DNA of 63,818 nucleotides, the filler included, from Kipferlia bialata (Eukaryota): NCBI GenBank assembly GCA_003568945.1. It is 4 parts of 4 records of this genome, joined end to end, with 100 filler letters (N's around TTAATTAATTAA, not from the genome) between each part and the next. Parts side by side here need not be neighbours in the genome. Positions count along the whole stretch, not along the records: positions 25,963 to 57,951 come from BDIP01000094.1; 3 more parts are not named here. One strand, written 5' to 3'. The position numbers and the translations under genes are program-made. A model generated the notes under the pieces. That model saw only the letters and a program-made list of their open reading frames with translations. It searched no databases and was not told where the DNA came from. Numbering within the stretch: position 1 is the first letter of the stretch; the number at the start of each line of letters is the position of its first letter. This document shows positions 41,201 to 50,456 of this stretch, piece after piece.

Positions 41201-44200
41201 TTCCCACCAGATACGAGTCCACCCTACTCAAGTTCTGCCAGGCAGCTACACTACTTCCCAGGAACAACCCATTCACCCCATCAACACCTTGCAAGGTACC
41301 TGCACTTCCAGACATTGCCACAGACCCCAGTGGGCACGGCCGAGAGTTCACTCGGTTTGTGACAAGTGTACTCCGTAATCTTCCACGCCGACAGATCAAT
41401 GATCGAGAGAGCAGGTTCTCTCACACCTCCTTCATGCTAGGTGTCCTCTCATCCAGAGTGTCAGGGTCGGGTGATATGAGATCCTTTGCCAGAGCATTCG
41501 GGCTCAGTCTTCCTGAGTCCCTCCTCAACCCAACCATCATACACGACAGGGGGGATGGAAGTGAGGTCATTCAGAATCTTGTGCGCAAAACTGACACACT
41601 CCTGAGGGCCCTACACCTGATGAAACAGGCCCAGGAGGTGGTGAAGCTCAGACAGTCATACGGACAACTGAAGATGACCATGCTTCCAAGTGTCCGTGAT
41701 ATGAGCACACTCAGTTCATCAGCACTAGCGTCCAAGAAGGCCGCCATTTTGAACACCACCCACAGCAACACAGGCCCCTCCGACCCACCCTCTAGGGATG
41801 ATGCACTTAGACTTCGGCAGGTTCGAGCAAACATTCAGGACTACAGAAGGATGTCTCAGCGCCAAGCAGACGAGAGCCAGCGCACCTTGGCCGCTCTCAA
41901 CCACTCGGACCCTCACACTGAGTGGGTGCTCAACGCACAGGGCCTCCACCCTGCTGTAGCTGTGAGTGCCCCAGAGGTAGAGGACGTGAACCTCTCTCTG
42001 AAGACTCAGGAGGAAGACTCAGACGCAGTTGCTTCCGACTCCGTCATTGAGACCTACAAGCGAGGTCTGTTGGAGATTGAGAAACTACAGCGAGACACTC
42101 TCGCCTTCCATGCAGCCGTACTCAAGGCGCTAGCCCAGCAGGCATCCATCTTCCCTCTCTGCCTGTCTCAAATGCTGGGGGACCCTAATCTAGCTCTGAG
42201 TGTCCCAGACGTCATTGTGGAGTACTTCAGAGTGGCCATCAGCACCGTCGAGTCTCTCTCACAGAGTGGCCTCTCTTGCTTCAACAACAGGGAGAGGATA
42301 GCAGAGGTGGAGCAGTTCCTTCTCGGTGATGTGGCCTCGAGACTAGCTGAGGCAGAACTCCCCGTCCCCTGCCACTCCACTATCAGACAGGGACACCACT
42401 CCCAGCAGAGACAGAGCGCATTTGTGGTACCTTGTCCAAGAGGCATCGCAAGCCCATGCAACGAGAGCTGGTCCACCAACCCCAAGAACAGCGATGAGGC
42501 ACCCGACCAGTCTCCTGCTGAGCACAACCAAGAAGTACTGGCCCAGATGGGGTCCAAGGTTGATGTCTCTGCACTCCAGTCTCGTATTAACTACAAGCCT
42601 GTGGTAGTCCCCACAACAATCACCCCCAAACGAGAGGAGAGCGACACAGCCACTGCCCTGCGCTCGCTGCAGGAGGCAGACGCAGCCCGCCTAGCAGCAA
42701 ATGCTATTGAGTACACACACATCGACGTCAGCAGACCAGCTGGCATAGGGAGAATGGCAAGGGAACCAGGTGCAAGGAACAGACACAGGCCTGCCATGCA
42801 TCTGAGACGTCTAGGGGACTGGGAGGAGGAGACGGCAGAGGGGTCGGACAATGAGTCCGATGATGTCGAGGATGCCATCAGAGGAGACAGAGACCTAGAC
42901 ATCGACAACCAGCCCCCTACTGTTGAGGCCCAAAGACTGACAGTGGATGAGTATGACAGGCTGTATCCAGAGGACGTCACCCCCGAGCGCATGCTGAGCC
43001 ACCTCTTCAAGCTGAAGCCCCCTATGAGTACCGACATGGCATCAATCGGAAAGATGACCCCAGCATCATTCCCACCAACACTCCACAAGGCAACTGCAGC
43101 CACTCAAGCTCTAATGAACTGCTGTGTGCCTGTTGCAGACAGAATGGTGAGCAAGGTCCTGGTTGGGCTCCCAAGTACTACCTCTCTGGCCTCCCATGAG
43201 GTATGCCTCCTGTTGGACCTGTCAAGGACAGTGGACGACAGAAAGAGAGACATGCAGCATGTCGTGGCCCTCTCTCTCATGGAGGCTCTGTCCAGCCTCG
43301 AGGTCGCCTTCTCAGTCGCAGTCTTCAGCCACAGGGAGTTCTTCTACGTCCTCAAGGACCCCTCGACTGTGTACACAGCAGAGACGGCACAGAGAGTGTG
43401 CGATGCCTTGAGGGTCAAGCGCAAGTCAGCCAGCTATGTACTAGATGCTGTCGCTGCCGCGGCCACACACGTTGCTGGGAAGAGCAACTGTTTCTCTGCT
43501 AGGCCATGCACCGCCCGCTCTATTGTGATAGTGTCTGACCTCTACTCACCACACATTGTGCTTGAAGAGGCAGACTGGGCAATGGTCTTCTCCAAGATTA
43601 ACGCACATGTGGTGTTTGCGCAGCTCGAATCCTCATACAGCGACTCATCTCTCGGAGCCCGCTTCCAAGAGAGAGTCAGTGCAGTGGTTGATAAGGCTGT
43701 CAACACCTCCTCCTCCGCTGAGTTGATAGTCGTGCCTGAGGACGTCATGAGTACAGGGAGTGAGTCAGTGGGACGCATAGACACTATGCTGGTCACCGCA
43801 CTGCACAGCGTACCCATACGCATCGGGTGTCAGAAGAGTGCAGCTCCGGCGCCCAAGGTGCCTCTCAGGAGTGGCCTCGCAGATAGCAACGGGACCACCC
43901 TTGATGCAGTGGGGGCAGACGCCCTCCCCAACATCGCCCTTGGGAGGGGTCAGACAGGCGTATTCTCCCAGGCAGCCACCATTGAGTCCTTGGCTGACGG
44001 TGTTGATATCAACGCCAACATAGAGAGCCATCTCGAGCCGGGTCTGTGCAGTGTGGAACCAGTCTGGGGAGACAGGGTGACACCTCCCAAGCGCAAGGCT
44101 GTGAGTAGAGCCATGGCAGGGATAGCACGCACCACAAGGGCTAGAGTGCAGGCTGCCACCTCGGCTGTAGGCACTACCATCATGCCCCCCAACGTGGCCA

Positions 44201-46647
44201 CGAAGTGGTGTGCGGTGGAGTATGGCACCATCATCGACATCCAGAGGCTGCTGCGGTTCATCATGACCAGAGGCCAGGAGAGGAAGTTCTACCTCTCCAA
44301 GCAGGGTGGGTACAAGCGCATGTACAGCTGCAGTGTGGTCATAGACCTCAGCGACTCCACTATGTGTGCAGCCAACAAGGCACACACCTTCACCAGCGCC
44401 ATTCTGCTGCTCCAGACCCTAGCCATGCTGGAGTTGCCTAGCGTGGATGTCCTCCTATCCACAGGGGCATCGACCCGTGTCCTGGCCTCTGGCATCAGGG
44501 CCAGCGACATGTTCGACAAGACCCACCCCCACCCTCTCTTCCCTGCCCTCTTCTCAGCCATGCAGGAGAGGCACGACGGGGCATCTATGGGGTCAGCAGT
44601 GGGCCATGCAGTGCAGATGCAGGATGTCCGGCCTGCAAGTGGCGGCAACAGCCGCCTGGTATTCGCCCTGACAGATGGGATGGTCTCATCCGACGCTGAG
44701 AGAGCGAGACTCCTCACCGCCCAGAGCTATGCCCGAGCCCACAGCATTGAGGTGATAGGGGTGGGAGTCGGCATGCGGCCTGTGTTCCTAAGCAGAGTAT
44801 ATGCCAGCTGCTGCTTCGCACCCAGCCCATACGACATTGACAGCGCCATCTGCGGTGTCTTCACCCCCTCCGCCCTGACAGGGGATGAGACCATAGAGGA
44901 GGTGTGCCAGGAACTAGCACTAGACCCCCAGACCCTAGAGGCCGTGGATACTACGAGGAAGGAGGCAGCCGCTAACACTGACCTCGTATCGACTCTGAGA
45001 GACCACGTCATCACGGAGGACTTCTACAACCAGAAGTCCCTGAACCTGAGGGCGGAGGATGGCACCTGCAACCCAGACGGGAACGAGTACGACCTTGGCA
45101 AGTGCGGCTACTTCACCGATGTCCACGTGCTTGTGTGCATGTTCTACACATACAGAGACAACAACAAGGACAAGCAGGTCACCCCCGCATGCTTCAACAC
45201 AGGGGCCAAGGGAAGTGACTCCAGTCCACGAATCAAGCTGGAGGAGAAGGGCTTCAGCGTCACAGTGGTGCATGACTACATGACAGCCATCAGAGCCATA
45301 TGCAGCGGCAAGTACAGAGTCACATACGTGGTGTGCAGCCCTGGAGATGGCATTCTCCCCAAGGAGGCAGCTGACCCCAAGAGCTCCAACCTGGTGGGCC
45401 AGTTCACAGACTACCTCATCAGGTGAGGGACATAACCCCCTTGATAGTATATATCAGACCGTCCTAACAACAGGTATTGGAACACAGGGGGCAGCGTGGC
45501 CTTCTTCGCCGACAACGAGCCCTTCTACTACGAGGCCAACCTGTTCCTCGAGAGGGTGCGGTTTGGCACTGAGAGGACAAGACTGCAGCTGACAGGCAAC
45601 TATGTTGGCAAGAAGCAGCTCTCTGAGCGGAAGAGCAGCTCAGCCAGCACTGGCACATTCAATTCTCCCACCAAGGTATACCGAAATACCAAATTGTCCC
45701 TATATGATCCTCTAACGACTCAGGTGAAAGTAGAGGGACGCCACTACACGAGGGCCACCTTAAGCGCTGGTCTGCGTTCCATCTATGAGGGCCACACTGT
45801 GTGTTACCCTAAGCCCGGACCCATCGCTCCCTTTGAGGCCTTTGCATACAACAGCAACACAGAGAGTGAGCAGCCGACCATTCTGACCTATGACCCCCCC
45901 TGCACCTCCTCCACAGGCACCATTGTGGTGGACACTGCAGCCTCCAGGCTGTTCTATGAGTACAGTGCAGAGGGCACGGCCCGGTACATATCCAACATCG
46001 CCGTGTGGTCACTGAGGCTGGCCCACCTGAGGCACGAGCTGGACCTACAGGATATCACACGCCCCCTCCCAGCCATCACAGTCAGAATCGACCAGACAGT
46101 CAAGTGGACATGGCCCACACCAGTGTCCAGACCCGTGCACCACATACTGATACTGGATGACAGTGGGAGCATGAGTGGGAGCTGGGCCAGCCTTATGAAG
46201 GCTGTCAACAACTTCCAGACGACCAGAGCAAAGTCCAGCCCTCAGGACAGGTGGACAATCATCAAGTTCAGTGTTGACGCCACAGCAGTGTGTGTCAACG
46301 AACCGATCACAACGGTCCCATCCATCAGCTTCGGTTGTGGTGGAAATACCAATCTACACCTGGCAACCCGAGAGTGTGATGCCAAGAAGGGGTCATACCC
46401 GTCGTCACACACCACTCGTGTCCTCTGCTTCACTGACGGAGGAACCAATGGGAAGGAGGAGTGTCTCGCATGGGCTACCAAGGTACACTCTCCTCCAATC
46501 AACTGGACCGTGGATGCCATTGGGTTTGCATCAGCACCCCCCGAGTTCATGTCCTCTCTGGCCCGGAATGGGGGAGGGCAGTACGCATTTGCAAGAACCC
46601 CCGAGGAACTCACCTCTCACTTTGAGGAGTTTGCCATGGCTGACTGA
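26233..46647 (+). CDS. Giant midasin/MDN1-like AAA+ protein (six AAA modules, long linker, three vWA domains, GATase-like module), ~6,429 aa
   Basis: Exons 26233-26571, 26641-26869, 27009-27184, 27253-27389, 27457-27578, 27661-28122, 28203-28305, 28373-28487, 28545-28735, 28819-30333, 30409-32245, 32303-33602, 33673-33983, 34030-35490, 35557-45422, 45474-45675, 45724-46647 sum to 19,290 nt, and every splice phase is consistent. Midasin-type motifs: LLEGPTGTAKT, FREGAFTKAYEKGYWLLLDELNL, HPDFRLICTQNP, GPAGIGKS..VDELNL, FEYRDSLLISAMRKGEWVLFDNIHAAPNDVVERLNSLAE, and the pre-MIDAS motif IMPPNVATKW..IDIQRLLRFI..KFYLSKQGGYKRMYSCSVVIDLSDS. Confidence 0.9.
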
Positions 46648-47153
46648 GAGTGAGGATAGGATTCAGGCAGAAAGAATACACAATAATAGACTCAATCCAA
46701 AAAGAGAATGATGTCAGCCATGTTAGAAACTACATCTGAATATAAAGAGTACACAGCGAAACAGAACTATAACATAAATATGAACATACAAATACATATA
46801 CCACAGAGAACTATCAAGGCAAGTGAGAACAGAACACAAAATCTCACCTATGTTCGTGACCGATGGACGTTCATACGGTGTGATTGACTCACAGAGTGAG
46901 AGTGACGTGTCACCGCATACGCAAAACATGTGTTCTGTGCTCCCAGTATCTCAAGCATCGTAGAGTCTAAAGACAGAGGAGAGCAGAGTCTGCCGCATCA
47001 GCTGCTTGTGATCAGGGGGTGTAGGACAAAAACGCATTCAATTGGTGGCAACACCTGTCGCAGTGCTGCCACTTTCTACCCATGCCCATTACGCTCCCTA
47101 TCCGGTATTCCGCCAACATCCAGTGTGGTGGTCAATGCCGGCAGAATCTTAGT

Positions 47154-47741
47154 ATGTGGAGGGGGGTATGGACTCTGAGCATAAGTGCCGAGCCTGTGCA
47201 GGAAGGGTTGGAGGATGGGGGTTCCCCATGCATGGCTGTGCTCACATACCAGCCTGGCCCTAAGGACACTACCCAGACCAGGTGGTATGGGACTGCCTCC
47301 AGAGACTATGTGTGTGGAGACTATGACTTCCTGACCGTGGACTGGACTGCCTGTGCCACTGGGGTCAGGACCAGTGCCGCACTTAGCTGCCTTCCCGCAG
47401 ACCTAGGGGCTGAGAATCTCTCCGAGAACGCACTGCCCCCGGCCTTGCAGCATGCCTTCCTGATCAGGAACCGGTACCTGATGTGGGGGGAGACCGGCAA
47501 CGCCCTGGACCCAGGCACTGACCATGATGGCAATGGCACAGCAGACAACTGTATCAGACTGGATGTGGTGGCAGGATACAGGGGGGTGACTGTGGACTGA
47601 GGACCGCGGACTCTCACGTATGGGTGCCCGGTTCAGTCATTGGAGGAGAGCTTTGATGGTAGCCAGTCCTACTGGCATTGCCCAACGCCGACTCATGCTA
47701 GGTCATGCTTCCTAGAGCTGATACGGCTCTCGCAGGGGTGA
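47154..47741 (+). pseudogene. Intronless orphan ORF with one in-frame TGA at 47598-47600 (pseudogene, short gene, or recoded stop)
   Basis: ATG 47154 (or the later MAVLTY start) reads to ..GVTVD*. The same frame then continues 46 more sense codons (GPRTLTYGCPVQSLEESFDGSQSYWHCPTPTHARSCFLELIRLSQG) to TGA 47739-47741, with exon-like composition. No family recognised. Confidence 0.4.
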
Positions 47742-47889
47742 CTACTCCACCTCCTAGCATTCCCACTTGCTATCTGACTTCACAATCTATTGGGGGGGGG
47801 GGGGGCGACTGTGTACCAGGGTGCCCAGGATCCCACACATGGTAATAACCCATCTGCCGTCACTCATTATGCCAAGCAGAGACCTCGAC

Positions 47890-48630
47890 CTAGGCATACT
47901 TGCGAGTCCACTCCCTGGCAGTTGCCAGGTACCGCTGGTAGTCTCTCTTGTACAGGTTGGCAGCTGGGGTGGACTTACAAGATGGATGGATAGTGTGAAG
48001 GACATGTGTATATGTTATGTATATATGACAAGGGGATCTGGTCAGTACCTACAGCCGAGAGGGGGTCGTCTGCATTGGCATCACTGAGCAGAGAGGTGAG
48101 GGAGAGGAGCACCTTGGAGATGGAGAGGACAGGTGACCAGGCCTCCTGGAGGGGAGTGACATAATTTTGGAATATAGGAGGGATTATTGTATGGATAGTA
48201 TACAGAGTGAGGGTGAAGGGGGGGGAGGGGGGACATGCTACCTTCAGGATGTCGAGGCAGATGGCCCCGCTCTCACTGATGTTGGGGTGGAACACCTTGT
48301 TGATGAAGCGGAGCTGGGGGGGCTGGGGGTGAGGAGGTATCACATATGAGAGGTACATACACGACATAAATGCACCTTGAATGGATAGTCATGGGAGAAT
48401 GTGATGGAGAGGCGGAACACTCCTCCCTCATATGGAGAGGATGGGGGACCCATGATGCTAGCCGTCCAGTGGTATAGGTCCGACTCATCGTTGGGGCCTG
48501 CACTCACTGGTGTTAGAATAGGGAATCGTAGACAAACAACACCCAAAGAGGTCGATTGCCCTACTATACCTAGGGCAACGGGTTCCCTGTGTAAGTCCCG
48601 CAGTTCCTTGGCCAACCGCCTCGCAGACAT
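47890..48630 (-). CDS. Ubiquitin-conjugating enzyme E2, Ubc4/UBE2D-like (5 exons)
   Basis: Spliced product [150 protein letters not shown] motif and catalytic Cys are present. Confidence 0.95.
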
Positions 48631-48800
48631 GTCGATGGCTGAGAGAGGTCGGCATGTCTCAGCTCTGCCAGTACTGTAGGGTAGTGAGTACTTTACAGTG
48701 TGATCTGTTTTGTCTGGGTTTGACTGAGGGGTTCAGCCACACAGAGTGTCTCGCTTCTCTGTACACACCTCTGAAACCTGAGTATCTAGTAACCCATACC
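48631..48800. promoter_or_regulatory. Probable compact bidirectional promoter (170 bp) between the E2 and SGF29-like genes
   Basis: Divergent ATGs at 48630 (-) and 48801 (+). Inferred from geometry only. Confidence 0.55.
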
Positions 48801-49334
48801 ATGGCTCCCTCACCCTTAACTCCCCTTCCAAGGGAGCAGAGTGTCGCAGCGTTTGTGCAGCTGGCCGGAGATGACACCAAGAGCTGGATGCTGGGTCTCG
48901 TGCGCAGCTATAGTGTGGCCGACAACCAGTACGAGATTGCAGACATAGCTCCCGAGAATGAGAAGAACCCCGACATCTACCACGTCCCTGTCTCGCATGT
49001 CATCAAGTTCCCCCAGGACGCAGGTGGGGACCGGTTCTCAGCCGGGGAGCTGGTGCTTGCCCTGTGGTTTGATCACGAGCAGCTGCAGTGGACCAGCATC
49101 CTGTACCCGGCTGTGGTGCTGACCAAGCACGAGGCACAGGACGGGGCATACGTGGTGGCGGTGCGGTACAGCGGGGACCAGGCCCTGAACTACGTGCAGG
49201 AGCAGCGTCTGCTGAAGATCCCCCCCTCCCTGTACCACGAGTGCCTGGGTCTGTTTGATGCAGTGGCCCAGAGCAGCAGCCTTCCAGACGACGTGGAGGA
49301 GGCCAAGCTGGAGCCGTCCTCCAAGAGGCGATAG
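48801..49334 (+). CDS. SGF29: SGF29-like tandem Tudor (H3K4me-reader type) protein, intronless, 177 aa
   Basis: VAAFV..SWMLGLVRSYSVADNQYEIADIAPE..YHVPVSHVIKFPQ..FSAGELVLALW..TSILYPAVV..YVVAVRYSGD..YVQEQRLL matches the SGF29 double-Tudor pattern (WILAEVVSY..YEVDD..VIPLP..F....VLALYP.TT.FY.A). Recognised by eye. Confidence 0.75.
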   Translation: MAPSPLTPLPREQSVAAFVQLAGDDTKSWMLGLVRSYSVADNQYEIADIAPENEKNPDIYHVPVSHVIKFPQDAGGDRFSAGELVLALWFDHEQLQWTSILYPAVVLTKHEAQDGAYVVAVRYSGDQALNYVQEQRLLKIPPSLYHECLGLFDAVAQSSSLPDDVEEAKLEPSSKRR

Positions 49335-49481
49335 AGTGGCTGTCACGTGGTGTGGTGGCTGTATCCCCTATCTATAGTGATAGGTATGACTGTGTCCGGG
49401 TACCCTTCCCCTTCCCAGGATGTGTAGGTACTAACAAGGATACGTCGTGGGACCCTGGGGTGCATGAGGTGAGGGGGGCTC

Positions 49482-49482
<1 letters not shown>

Positions 49483-49519
<37 letters not shown>
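49483..49519. repeat. Poly-C run (37 nt)
   Basis: Directly visible. Similar poly-C/G runs terminate the segments at ~25820, ~57904-57951 and ~61405-61454. Confidence 0.9.
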
Positions 49520-49521
<2 letters not shown>

Positions 49522-49602
49522 TCCTCTTCCTTCTAGATGTGAAACTCTCTCTATCCGTAGTTACCTATGGTGTTCTCTCTCCCTATCTCTAATTCACCCC
49601 AG

Positions 49603-50420
49603 GAGTACTATGTAGACAAGCACCAGTCCCTTGACTACGAGGTTGCCAGGCAGTACATGTATGGATACATCGACAACCATGACGGGGTATGTATACTATA
49701 ATTGATGTGACATGATGGAGTATACATACATAATATGGTGGATGGTTGCTCCTTATGTACCCCCATACATTGTCACTCATTCCAGCATGTCACTGGCCTG
49801 TACACCGGGTTAGACATGCCGTACCCATATGGGTGTGAGGACACCCTTTACAACACAGACATCAAGTGTGAGCACATGATACCCCAGTCATTCTTCGGAA
49901 AGGTACATACTATACATAGCAATAGTACTTGTACTGCAATAATCATTGTGTGTGGCAAGGTATTAATACATACTAGGCGTTTACAATTATGTTTGGTACG
50001 TGGTATCCTTAGCTGAACCAACGGCATACACACACACACACACATACATACACACACACATATATATATATATATATGTATACATATATCTAAGTACCAT
50101 ATGTACAGTCTCACCCAGCACGAGCCGATGCGGTCTGACGTGCACCACCTGAGACCATCCTACATGATGGCAAACTCAGCAAGGTATGTACAGATATATG
50201 TATATATATATATTCATAGTATGGACTTGGGAGAGTATGGATATATAGCATACTGTTCGTCAATTGTGTCATTGAGAGTAGTATGCGATTACCTTTTTAT
50301 GCCTTAACCCCAGGTCCAACTACCCCTATGACGTCATTGCTGACAAGGACGCATACAAGGTACAGGGAGTTAGATGCAATACAGTATATATATACATATA
50401 TATGCATACATATATATACA

Positions 50421-50456
<36 letters not shown>

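Noticed and set aside
35611..45426. The 3,271-aa ORF as a stand-alone gene or viral/transposon polyprotein
   Set aside because: Bounded by phase-compatible introns (35491-35556, 45423-45473); no RT, integrase, transposase or capsid motifs, and no terminal repeats seen.
28810..46613. Numerous antisense and alternate-frame ORFs over the giant gene (e.g. 28810-29574, 43765-44385)
   Set aside because: Shadow ORFs of a GC-balanced coding strand; no motifs or splice support.
46648..47150. Possible ncRNA/tRNA in the intergenic region
   Set aside because: No cloverleaf, snRNA or rRNA signature recognisable by eye; an Infernal/tRNAscan run would be needed to exclude it.
47890..48630. E2 next to the giant AAA protein as an RNF213-like ubiquitin defence module
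   Set aside because: No RING/HECT/RZ-type domain recognised in the giant protein; the E2 is an ordinary housekeeping type, and eukaryotic adjacency is weak evidence.
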